Source: an uncultured bacterium
GTDB taxonomy: Bacteria; Lernaellota; Lernaellaia; Lernaellales; Lernaellaceae
Assembly (NCBI GenBank): GCA_964534375.1
Contig: CAZHPN010000130.1
Coordinates: forward strand, 1-18,453
DNA: 18,453 bases
Reading direction: 5' to 3'
The stretch's first letter is position 1, and every line of letters starts with the position of its first letter. Made by a program: the position numbers and the translations under genes. Shown piece after piece: positions 7,215 to 15,361 of the stretch. Under the pieces are notes generated by a model that saw only the letters and a program-made list of their open reading frames with translations, did not search any database and was not told the DNA's origin.

Positions 7215-7246
7215 AATAACCCCACTGACCCCGTCGATCTTGTCAA
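7215..7246 (-). repeat. Right arm of the long-range inverted 9-mer pair
   Basis: Reverse complement TTGACAAGATCGACGGGGTCAGTGGGGTTATT matches 4637-4668 at 24/32 positions, and 7 of the 8 mismatches are transitions. Confidence 0.7.
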
Positions 7247-7254
7247 CAGAAGGC

Positions 7255-7294
7255 GGTCTGGATCGGGTCACCCGTGATCCGCAGACTGATTTTT
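7255..7294. terminator. Imperfect hairpin between convergent genes, possible terminator
   Basis: GTCTG-GATC-GGG-TCA-CCC-GT-GATC-CG-CAGAC followed by TGATTTTT, 8 bp before the stop of the minus-strand DUF1385-like gene. Confidence 0.35.
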
Positions 7295-7302
7295 AGTTTC
7301 CC

Positions 7303-8079
7303 TCACGCGGAGGCCGCGGCGGAATAGCCGCTCTCCGCTTCGAGCAGCGCGATCAGCGCGGCGTGCGCCGTTTTCACTTCTTGCAGACCGGCCGGGCGGG
7401 TGGTCGCGTAGTGCTGCAGCAACCGCGACGCTTGCGCGAAGGCCGGCAGTTTGGCGAAACCCGCCAACGTGTCCAGCCACAGGAAGCACTCCATGATGAT
7501 CAGCATGACCACCGTTTCGTTGACTCGGATTCGCCTGGCGATCAACAGCGCCGCGATGAAGGCCAATAGGAAGGGAAGAAAAAAGCGCCCGCCGCACCGG
7601 TCGTGGACCCGGTTTTGTCGTTGGATGGTTTCGATGTCGACGGCCTCACCGCTTTCATAGGCCGCGACCGCCATGTGCTCGGCCGCATGCCATCTGCCGA
7701 TGAACGTTCTTATCAGCAAGAGCAACAGACACAGTTCGGCGGCGAGCACTGATAACACCTTAGCCAGCGACGTCAACGGCTGATTGAACACCGGATAACC
7801 TGGCTCCCGACACTGATGAACCTCCAGGGCGAGAAGCAGCCCCAATACGAGCCAGCTTTTCCATGATCGGACATTGAAAAGTATGATGATCATCCGCAGC
7901 AACCGCGGGATCGGCACGAATCGATGTCGAATGAGATAGCTGGCGTAACGCGGGCGGCGGCTGACGGTCGTCGTGATTTTTCCGCGCTTGTCGGAGCGGG
8001 CGGTCGCAATGAAATCGGCCGACATCAGGCTGATCCGGCGCCAGGTCGACACGCCGGCGACGAACTCGACCCGGTTCAC
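7303..8079 (-). CDS. DUF1385-like membrane protein (258 aa)
   Basis: WHAAEH-x-AVAAYESG, RVHDRCG and LQHYATTRP...EV..A..AL match the DUF1385 pattern (HGAEH, HPRCG, LQ..TTREP), with about 4 hydrophobic segments. The GTG start at 8079 overlaps the upstream TGA (GTGA). Confidence 0.75.
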   Translation of the reverse strand: MNRVEFVAGVSTWRRISLMSADFIATARSDKRGKITTTVSRRPRYASYLIRHRFVPIPRLLRMIIILFNVRSWKSWLVLGLLLALEVHQCREPGYPVFNQPLTSLAKVLSVLAAELCLLLLLIRTFIGRWHAAEHMAVAAYESGEAVDIETIQRQNRVHDRCGGRFFLPFLLAFIAALLIARRIRVNETVVMLIIMECFLWLDTLAGFAKLPAFAQASRLLQHYATTRPAGLQEVKTAHAALIALLEAESGYSAAASA

Positions 8080-9083
8080 AGACGAATCGCGCGGCGCTCG
8101 CGCGCCGAGGCGTACAGCGCGTCGATGACGGCCATATTCGCCACGCCGTCGGCGATCGGCCACCGCGGCGGCGCCTCGCCGCGGCAGGCGGCGACAAAAT
8201 CCTCGGCCTCGAGCCGATAGGAATCGGCGGGCGCCACGATAATTTCCTCGTCCGGAACGTCCGGCCTGCGAATCACGATGCGCCCCGGCGCATCGCCCGG
8301 AACCCAGGGGGTCGTCAGCAGAATCGCCCCGGTTTCGCCGGCGATTTCCGCCCGGTGGCGTTCGAAATTCGTGATGGCGGTCTCGAAATGGGCGAGCACG
8401 CCGCCGGGGAATTCCAGCAGGCCGACGAGCACGTCGTCGACGCCCGCGCGGCGCTCGAAGGCGCTGGCCCACCGCGGCTCGCCGCCGGCGATCAGCCGCG
8501 AGAAATTGACGCAATAACAGCCGACGTCCATGAGGGCGCCGCCCGCGAGGGCCGGCGAGGCGCAGATCGCCGCGCGATCGTCGAGCCGGAACGTGAACTG
8601 ACTGTGCAGCGCGCTGACCGCGCCGATCGCGCCGTCGCGAAGCAGTTCGCGAACGCGCCGCCATTGCGGGTGAAAGCGATACATGAACGCCTCGGCGACC
8701 GGCAGGCCCGTCTCGGCCGCGGCTTGCGCGATGGCGCGGGCTTCCGCGGCGTTAGCCGCGAGCGGCTTCTCGCACAGGACGGGCAAGGCGCGGCGCAGGG
8801 CCGCGATCGTCCATTCCGCGTGCATGCTGTTCGGCAGCGGGTTGTAGATCGCGTCGACTTCGCCGGATTGCAGCAGCGCGTCGTACGAACCGAACGCCCG
8901 CGGAATCCCATGAGCCTTTGCCCACGCGTGCGCCTTGGCCGGATCGCGGCTCGCCACCGCGGCGACCTCGCTGGTCTGGCTCGCGGCCACGCCGCGCATG
9001 AACGACAACGAGATATTCGCCGTGCCGAGGATGCCCCAGCGCAACGGCCGCGCCGGCGCGTAGGCTTGGTCTGCGTTGTTCAT
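8076..9083 (-). CDS. Gfo/Idh/MocA family NAD(P)-dependent oxidoreductase
   Basis: LRWGILGTANI Rossmann start, IYNPLPNSMH, VLCEKP, EAFMYRFHP, GGALMDVGCY. Confidence 0.93.
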   Translation of the reverse strand: MNNADQAYAPARPLRWGILGTANISLSFMRGVAASQTSEVAAVASRDPAKAHAWAKAHGIPRAFGSYDALLQSGEVDAIYNPLPNSMHAEWTIAALRRALPVLCEKPLAANAAEARAIAQAAAETGLPVAEAFMYRFHPQWRRVRELLRDGAIGAVSALHSQFTFRLDDRAAICASPALAGGALMDVGCYCVNFSRLIAGGEPRWASAFERRAGVDDVLVGLLEFPGGVLAHFETAITNFERHRAEIAGETGAILLTTPWVPGDAPGRIVIRRPDVPDEEIIVAPADSYRLEAEDFVAACRGEAPPRWPIADGVANMAVIDALYASARERRAIRL

Positions 9084-9391
9084 TGACGCCCCCTGGCGGC
9101 CAACTGGGCGGCCGATTTCACACGTTCCATTAACGGTCAGTGGTTTTCATCTTACACGGCGCCGGACGGACGATAAAGGAACCCTCCGCGCGGCGTTTTG
9201 ACGAATTGTCGAGTTTTCTTGCACAACCCCCTGGTCTTTAGCAACTTTTTTATGTATTTCTCTCCCGGTTTTTACAGCAATTTTATGCACGTTCGCGCAC
9301 AATTGCTTTTTCTCAACCCGCTTCGGCCGCCGATTTCGGCGCGCCGCGGCAGGCGCGCATACGGGACCCGCGTGCGGTCCGGAGGCAGTTG

Positions 9392-9814
9392 ATGAAGATC
9401 ACTTTTTTCCTGACGCCGAAGGCGGAAGTCGCGTGGGTGCTGACGACGGCGACGATGCGCCAGGCGCTCGAGCGCATGGAACGGTCGCGCTACCAGGCCG
9501 TCCCGATTCTCACGCCCGACGGCCGGTACGACAGCACGCTCGCCGAAGGCGACCTCCTGTGGCACATGAAGCGCAATCCGGAACTGCGCTTCGCGGACAC
9601 CGAACGCGTGCCGCTGTCGACCATCGCCAAGCGGCTCACCGTGCACGCGGTCGGCATCAACGCCGAGATCGAAGACCTGCTCGCCCTGGCGCTCGAACAA
9701 AACTTCGTGCCCATCGTCGACGACCGCGAAGTGTTTGTCGGCATCGTGCGCCGGCGGGCCATCTTGGCGTTTTTCCAAGACAAAATGGCCGGGGTGCTCC
9801 GCCAGCCGGAGTGA
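9392..9814 (+). CDS. Stand-alone tandem CBS domain protein (YkuL/DarB/CbpB-like)
   Basis: GGAGG RBS at 9381; T.RQALERM....YQAVPIL..DG.Y..TL.EGDLL and NFVPIVDD..VFVGIVRRRAIL are two CBS repeats; 140 aa. Confidence 0.88.
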   Translation: MKITFFLTPKAEVAWVLTTATMRQALERMERSRYQAVPILTPDGRYDSTLAEGDLLWHMKRNPELRFADTERVPLSTIAKRLTVHAVGINAEIEDLLALALEQNFVPIVDDREVFVGIVRRRAILAFFQDKMAGVLRQPE

Positions 9815-9871
9815 CCGCAACGCCGCGGGAACCGCTGTCCGAAATTCCTTTTGGCCCGTCGACAATCGCGC

Positions 9872-9901
9872 TTGACAACGCCCGGCGCCGGGTGGTAGAC
9901 G
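9872..9901 (+). promoter_or_regulatory. Sigma70-type promoter for the TetR/lipid operon
   Basis: Perfect TTGACA (9872-9877), 18-bp spacer, TG-G-TAGACG extended -10 (9893-9901). Confidence 0.6.
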
Positions 9902-9913
9902 AACACCGGCGGG

Positions 9914-9970
9914 GAAACTGAAGGCAAATTCAGTTTCAGCGCTACGCAACCTGAAGCCCAATGCATTTCG
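9914..9970. promoter_or_regulatory. Candidate TetR operator (perfect 9-6-9 palindrome) plus a degenerate second copy
   Basis: GAAACTGAA-GGCAAA-TTCAGTTTC (9914-9937). The similar AACCTGAAGCCCAATGCATTTCG (9948-9970) lies 33 bp downstream. Both sit between the promoter and the TetR ATG. Confidence 0.7.
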
Positions 9971-9999
9971 TTCGGGGTCTCGACGTGAAGTTTCGGCGC

Positions 10000-10596
10000 A
10001 TGAAGGATAGCCGGCGCGGCCAGATCATGGCCGCCGCGCGCCGCGTCTTCGCCGAAAAGGGCATCGCCGTCGGCATCGCCGACATCGCCCGCGCCGCCGA
10101 CATTTCCGTGGGCGGCTTCTACCTCTACTTCCAGAACAAAGAAGACCTGCTGCGGCAACTGCTCGACGAGACCGGCCGCGAAGTGCGCGCGGCGCTGGCG
10201 ACGGCGTTCGCCGCGCCGGGCGAGCCGCTGGCGCGTTTCGAGCGGGCCGGCCATGCCTTCTTCCGCGAAATCTGCGGCCGGCGGCGCGACGCCTTGATCC
10301 TGCTGCTGCGCGAGTCGGTCGGTTTCAGCGCCGAGGTCGAGGAACTGCGCAAACGCCTGTTCCAGCAACTGACCGACGACGTGGCCGACGCCATCCGCCG
10401 CGTCAGCGGCCGCAACGGCCGGCGCGGCAAACGGCAGGCGCAGGTGGCGGCGCTCAGCATTTTCGGCATGCTCGAACGCGTCGCCTATCATTATTTTATC
10501 TGGGAAACCGGTTCGAAAGACCGGCGCAAGGTCGAAGAAGAAGCCCTGGCCTTCGTGCGCGACGGCCTGGGCAGCGTTCTGTTGGCCGGAGGTTGA
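10000..10596 (+). CDS. TetR/AcrR family transcriptional regulator
   Basis: RRGQIMAAARRVFAEKG...IADIARAADISVGGFYLYFQNKEDLL helix-turn-helix. The start is probably ATG 10000; ATG 9961 lies inside the operator-like site. Confidence 0.93.
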   Translation: MKDSRRGQIMAAARRVFAEKGIAVGIADIARAADISVGGFYLYFQNKEDLLRQLLDETGREVRAALATAFAAPGEPLARFERAGHAFFREICGRRRDALILLLRESVGFSAEVEELRKRLFQQLTDDVADAIRRVSGRNGRRGKRQAQVAALSIFGMLERVAYHYFIWETGSKDRRKVEEEALAFVRDGLGSVLLAGG

Positions 10597-11148
10597 ATGC
10601 CCTTGATGAAAGGCGCGCTGCACACGCACACCACGCTCTCCGACGGCCGCATGACGCCCGAGGAAGTGTGCGCGACGTACGCCGAACTGGGCTTCGACTT
10701 CATCGCGATCACCGATCACGATTACCTGCTGCGGCCCGATCACCGCGCGCGATTGCCGGAGTCGACCGCGAGCCTGCTCGTATTCCCCGGCGCGGAACTC
10801 ACGATCCACGAGCGTGGTTACATTCACGTGAATCGCATTGAAGGCGAACGCGAAGTGCTCCACATTTTCAATCACCCGGCCGAATACGATCTGCCGCTCG
10901 ACGATTTGTTGCAGGTGCTGGAGGCCGTGGCGCGCAAGGTCCCGATCGACGCGGTGGAGATTTCCGCCCAGGGCTTTTACACGGCGACGTGGGACGACCC
11001 GCGCATTCCGTATCCGAAAGTCGCTTCCGACGACAGTCACACCAGGCAAAGCTGCGGCCGCGCCTGGATCGAAGTGGATTGCGAACGCGATCGCGATGCG
11101 ATCATCCGCGCCATTCGGGCCGGCGAGGCGAAACCGCGCTTTCGCTGA
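10597..11148 (+). CDS. Small stand-alone PHP-domain metallohydrolase
   Basis: LHTHTTLSDG, AITDHD, GAE, NHP and SDDSH metal-binding motifs; ATG directly follows the TetR TGA. Confidence 0.88.
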   Translation: MPLMKGALHTHTTLSDGRMTPEEVCATYAELGFDFIAITDHDYLLRPDHRARLPESTASLLVFPGAELTIHERGYIHVNRIEGEREVLHIFNHPAEYDLPLDDLLQVLEAVARKVPIDAVEISAQGFYTATWDDPRIPYPKVASDDSHTRQSCGRAWIEVDCERDRDAIIRAIRAGEAKPRFR

Positions 11149-11188
11149 TCCGACGGGCGCCCAACAGCCGTTTTGACGGGAGGCGTCG

Positions 11189-12343
11189 ATGGATTTTTCT
11201 TTCACCCCGGAACAACTCGCCTTTCGCGAGCAGGTGCTGAAGTTCTCCGCCAAGGAGATCGCGCCGCTTGCCGAGGAAATGGACCTCAAGGCCGAATGGA
11301 GTTGGGAGGCCTGGCGCAAGATGGGCGACTTTGGCCTGCTCGGCCTGCACTATCCCGAAGAATACGGCGGGGCCGGCGCTGATGTGGTCACGACCTGCGT
11401 CGCCGGCGAGGCGCTCGGCGAGGGCGGCGCGGACAGCGGCCTGATGCTCGCGTACGGCGCGCACTCGTTCCTCTGCGGCGACACGATCCTGCGCCACGGC
11501 ACGCCGGAGCAGAAGAAAAAATACCTGCCGGGCATCGCCTCGGGGAAGCTCGTCGGCGCGATGGGCCTGACCGAACCCGGGGCCGGCTCGGACGCGGCGG
11601 CGATCGCCACGCGCGCCGATCGCGTCGGCGACAAATGGCGGCTCAACGGCACGAAGATGTTCATCACCAACGGCCCGATCGCGGACGTGGTCGTCGTGTT
11701 CGCGGTGACCAACAAGGAAGCGGGGCCGATGGGCATTTCAGGCTTCATCGTCGAAAAGGACACCCCCGGGTTCCGCGTCGGCAAGGTGCTGCACAAGATG
11801 AACGTGCGCGCCAGCCAAACCTCCGAATTGATCTTCGACAACGCGGAAGTCCCGGCCGAAAATCTGCTCGGCCAGGAAGGCATGGGCTTCGTGGTCGCGC
11901 TCGGCGCGCTCGAATGGGATCGCTCGGCGCTGCTGGCGCCCGGCATCGGCGCAGCGCGCAAGTTGCTGCGCGATTGCACCAAGTACTCGAATGAGCGCAA
12001 GCAGTTCGGCCGGCCGATTTTCGAATTCCAGGCGATTCAGCACAAGCTCGCCGACATGCGCATCTACTGCGAAACCGCCCGCCTGCTGCTGTATCGCGTC
12101 GCCTGGAAAAAAGACCAGGGCCAGCCGCTGAACCACCTCGAGGCGTCGATCGCGAAGCTCTATGTCGGCGAATACGGCTTGGCGTTCGGCAACGACGCCG
12201 TCCAGATTCACGGCGGCTACGGCCTGATGCACGAATACCCGGTCGAGCGCTTCTACCGCGACGTCAAGCTGGGCTCGATCGGCGGCGGCACCAGCGAAAT
12301 CCAGCGCATGATCATTGCCCGCACCCTTCCGGGAGACAAATAA
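11189..12343 (+). CDS. Acyl-CoA dehydrogenase family protein (IVD/SCAD-like scaffold, no canonical catalytic Glu)
   Basis: PEEYGG, GLTEPGAGSD, LNGTKMFITNG, RKQFG, QIHGGYG, IGGGTSEIQR; GGAGG RBS. Confidence 0.95.
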   Translation: MDFSFTPEQLAFREQVLKFSAKEIAPLAEEMDLKAEWSWEAWRKMGDFGLLGLHYPEEYGGAGADVVTTCVAGEALGEGGADSGLMLAYGAHSFLCGDTILRHGTPEQKKKYLPGIASGKLVGAMGLTEPGAGSDAAAIATRADRVGDKWRLNGTKMFITNGPIADVVVVFAVTNKEAGPMGISGFIVEKDTPGFRVGKVLHKMNVRASQTSELIFDNAEVPAENLLGQEGMGFVVALGALEWDRSALLAPGIGAARKLLRDCTKYSNERKQFGRPIFEFQAIQHKLADMRIYCETARLLLYRVAWKKDQGQPLNHLEASIAKLYVGEYGLAFGNDAVQIHGGYGLMHEYPVERFYRDVKLGSIGGGTSEIQRMIIARTLPGDK

Positions 12344-13506
12344 TGAATTACGAATACAACACTGAACAACAGGCCGCGTTCAAAACCTTCGCCAAACTTT
12401 GCCGCGAGCAAATCGCGCCGCACGCCAAAGAAATGGACCGCGGCGGCCCCGCGTCCGAGGCGCGCCTGCGCGCCAATCTCGTGCGGCTGGGCGAGTTCGG
12501 CTATTTGGGAATGTCGTATCCGGCGGCGTACGGCGGCGGCGAGCGGCCGCTCGTCGAAGCGGTCGTCTTCAACGAAGAATTGTCGCGCGCCTGCCCCTCG
12601 ACCTTCCTGTCGGCGGGCGCTTCGGTCGGCCTCGGCGGCGGCCCGATTCTCCGTTTTGGCAGCGAAGCGCAAAAGAAGCGCTGGCTGCCGGAATTGGCCG
12701 CCGGCCGCGCCATCGGCGCGCTCGGCCTGACCGAGCCCGATTGCGGTTCGGACCTGGCGTCGCTGCGCACGCGGGCCCGCGAAACCGCCGACGGCTGGGT
12801 GCTCAACGGGACCAAAATGTTCATCACCAACGGGCCGATCTGCGATTTCGCGGTCGTCCTGGCGAAGATCGAGAAAGACGGCAAAGAGGCCGGCATGGGC
12901 CTCTTCCTCGTCGAGCGCGGCACAAAGGGATTTTCCACCGGGGCGCCGCTGGAAAAAATGGGCTATCACGGTTCGCCGACCGGCGAGCTGATTTTCGAAG
13001 ATTGCGCGTTGCCGCGCGAGGCGCTGGTCGGCGAGGCCGGCCACGGCTTCGGGCAGGCGCTTCGCACGTTGCAGGGCGGCCGCGTGGGCATGGCGGCCGG
13101 CGCGATGGGGGTCGCGCAAGCGTGCTTCGACGAGTCGGTCAAGTACGCGAACCAGCGCAAGACGTTCGGCCACAAGATCATCAAATATCAGGAAATCAGT
13201 TTCAAGATCGCCGATATGAAAATGATGCTGGATGCGGGCCGGCTGTTGACCGCCCGCGCGGCGTGGCTGCTGGACATCGGCGATGCAGAGGCGGACGTCG
13301 TCGGCCGCTGCGCCAAGATCTTCGCGAGCGAAGCGGCGACCAAGATCAGCGGCTGGGCCGTCCAAATTCACGGCGGCTACGGCTACATGAACGAATTCGC
13401 GGTCGAGCGGCTCTACCGCGAGGCGAAGCTGGGCGAGATCGGCGAAGGCGCCAACGAGATTCAACGCATCGTGATCGCGCAGGATTGTTTGTCGCGCTGG
13501 ACGTAG
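12343..13506 (+). CDS. Acyl-CoA dehydrogenase (SCAD/butyryl-CoA dehydrogenase-like)
   Basis: LTEPDCGSD, LNGTKMFITNG, RKTFG, QIHGGYGY, EIGEGANEIQR with the MCAD/SCAD-position Glu; TAATG overlap with the upstream gene. Confidence 0.95.
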   Translation: MNYEYNTEQQAAFKTFAKLCREQIAPHAKEMDRGGPASEARLRANLVRLGEFGYLGMSYPAAYGGGERPLVEAVVFNEELSRACPSTFLSAGASVGLGGGPILRFGSEAQKKRWLPELAAGRAIGALGLTEPDCGSDLASLRTRARETADGWVLNGTKMFITNGPICDFAVVLAKIEKDGKEAGMGLFLVERGTKGFSTGAPLEKMGYHGSPTGELIFEDCALPREALVGEAGHGFGQALRTLQGGRVGMAAGAMGVAQACFDESVKYANQRKTFGHKIIKYQEISFKIADMKMMLDAGRLLTARAAWLLDIGDAEADVVGRCAKIFASEAATKISGWAVQIHGGYGYMNEFAVERLYREAKLGEIGEGANEIQRIVIAQDCLSRWT

Positions 13507-13549
13507 GCGAACGCCGGGCCGAGCGGCCGGCGGACTTGGGGGGCGCGCC

Positions 13550-15361
13550 ATGAACGAACCGAAAAACGTCGTCGAGATGTTTCTGCAGAAGGTCCGCGAG
13601 CGCGGCGACGCGGGGGCGTTGCGGTGGAAACGCGGCGGCGCGTGGGTCGGCCTGTCGTGGAACGACTGGGAGCGCGAGGTCCGGCGGTTGGCGCGCGGGC
13701 TTGTCAAACTGGGCCTCCAGCCGCGCGAAACCGTGACGATCGCGTCGGCGAACCGGCCCGAATGGGTCCATTTCGATCTGGCGGTGCAGATGGCCGGCGG
13801 CGTGATGGCCCCGATCTACCCGTCGGTGACCGCGGTCGAGGCGCGCTACATCGTCAACAACAGCGAGGCGCGATTCGCCGTCGTCGAAAACGAAGCGCAG
13901 TTGGCCAAGCTGCTGGAGAACCTTGCGGCCACGCCCAAGCTGGAAAAAATCCTGCTGCTCGAAGGCGGCAGCCGCCATTCGCTGGTCATGAATTACGAGC
14001 GCTTTCGCGAATTCGGCGCCGATATCGACGATCGCGCGGTCGATGAGCGCTGGCAGGCGATCGCGCCGAGCGATCTGGCGATGTTCGTCTACACCTCGGG
14101 CACGACGGGCCAGCCGAAGGGCGCAATGCTCACGCACGACAACGTGCTCTTCGTCACCGCCGCCGTGCTTAACGTAATGAAAATCGGGCCGGGCGACGTG
14201 GTGCTCAGTTATCTGCCGCTCAGCCACGTCTACGAACGCGTCGGCGGCTTTTACCCGTCGATGCGGGCCGGCCTCGAAATCAACTTCGCCGAAAGCCTCG
14301 ACAAAATGCCGGCCAATTTGCTGGAGGTGCGGCCGACGATCTTCGCGACCGTGCCGCGGGTGCTCGAGAAAGTCTACGCGGCGATTCAGGCGAAGATCGC
14401 GTCCGCGTCGCCGGCCGCCAAACGCCTGTTCGCCTGGGCGCTCGACCTCGGCCGGCGCACCGCGCCCTTCCGCCTGGAAAACCGGACGATGCCGCTCGGC
14501 TTGGCGGTGCAGCATCGGCTCGCGCGGGCGCTTGTCTACGACAAAATCGCCGCCCGCTTCGGCGGGCGCGTGCGGCTGCTGGCCGTCGCCGGCGCGCCGA
14601 TGAGCCGGGAAATCGCCGAATTCTTTTTCGCCCTCAACGTGCTGACGCTCGAAGGCTACGGCATGACGGAATGCACGGCGCCCGCCTCGTTGAACACACC
14701 CGAAAAACACCGTTTCGGCACGGTCGGCACGCCGCTGCCGGGCGTCGAAATCAAGATCGCGCCGGACGGCGAAATCCTGATGCGCGGCCGCTCGGTCTTC
14801 GCCGGCTACTACCGTATGCCCGACGCCACCGCCGAGGCGCTGCAAGACGGCTGGCTGCACAGCGGCGACATCGGCGAATTCGACGCCGACGGCATGCTGC
14901 GCATCACCGATCGGAAGAAAGATTTGATCGTCACCTCCGGCGGCAAGAACGTCGCGCCGCAAAAAACCGAAAATATGATGATCGCCGACCCGTACATCGC
15001 CCAGGCGGTGGTCGTCGGCGACCGGCGCAACTACCTCACGGCGCTCATTTCGCCGGCGCTCGACGCCATCCGCCCGCTCGCCGCCGAGCGCGGCTTCGCC
15101 CTGCCCGAGCGCGCGGCCGTGGCCGACTGCGCGCCGCTGGTGGCGCTGATTCGCGAGCGCGTCGAGGCGATCAACAGTCAATTGGCGAGCTTCGAAACGA
15201 TCAAGGATTTCCGGCTGCTCGATCACGATCTCAGCCAGGAAACCGGCGAACTGACGCCGACGCTGAAAGTCAAACGCAAAGTGGTGCAAGAAAAATTCCG
15301 CGGGCTCATCGATGAAATGTACCTCTCCGGCGCGCCGCGGCCGAAAGGTGGGTCCGCATGA
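13550..15361 (+). CDS. Long-chain fatty acid-CoA ligase (FadD15/Faa-type AMP-dependent synthetase)
   Basis: YTSGTTGQPKG, LPLSHVYER, VPRVLEK, EGYGMTE, SGDIG, DRKKD...GGKNVAP, LTPTLKVKR. Confidence 0.95.
   Translation: MNEPKNVVEMFLQKVRERGDAGALRWKRGGAWVGLSWNDWEREVRRLARGLVKLGLQPRETVTIASANRPEWVHFDLAVQMAGGVMAPIYPSVTAVEARYIVNNSEARFAVVENEAQLAKLLENLAATPKLEKILLLEGGSRHSLVMNYERFREFGADIDDRAVDERWQAIAPSDLAMFVYTSGTTGQPKGAMLTHDNVLFVTAAVLNVMKIGPGDVVLSYLPLSHVYERVGGFYPSMRAGLEINFAESLDKMPANLLEVRPTIFATVPRVLEKVYAAIQAKIASASPAAKRLFAWALDLGRRTAPFRLENRTMPLGLAVQHRLARALVYDKIAARFGGRVRLLAVAGAPMSREIAEFFFALNVLTLEGYGMTECTAPASLNTPEKHRFGTVGTPLPGVEIKIAPDGEILMRGRSVFAGYYRMPDATAEALQDGWLHSGDIGEFDADGMLRITDRKKDLIVTSGGKNVAPQKTENMMIADPYIAQAVVVGDRRNYLTALISPALDAIRPLAAERGFALPERAAVADCAPLVALIRERVEAINSQLASFETIKDFRLLDHDLSQETGELTPTLKVKRKVVQEKFRGLIDEMYLSGAPRPKGGSA

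Noticed and set aside
4637..7246. CRISPR array interpretation of the repeats
   Set aside because: Units are 7-9 bp in tandem without unique spacers, and no cas genes are present.
8080..8664. 453-aa version of the DUF1385-like ORF
   Set aside because: The extension lies out of frame inside the Gfo/Idh/MocA gene; GTG 8079 overlapping its stop is the better start.
9286..9308. Sigma54 promoter upstream of the CBS gene (GCAC...TTGC)
   Set aside because: The invariant GG at -24 is absent at the required spacing.
9914..9980. c-di-GMP-I riboswitch (GGCAAA...ACGCAA words present)
   Set aside because: There is no GNRA-capped P2 stem between the words and no P3 receptor; the perfect DNA palindrome upstream of a TetR gene is better explained as an operator. 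An Rfam scan would settle it.
13512..13532. GC hairpin between ACAD-2 and the first ligase as a terminator
   Set aside because: No U-tract and only a 43-bp gap within an apparent operon; such stems are common by chance at this GC content.
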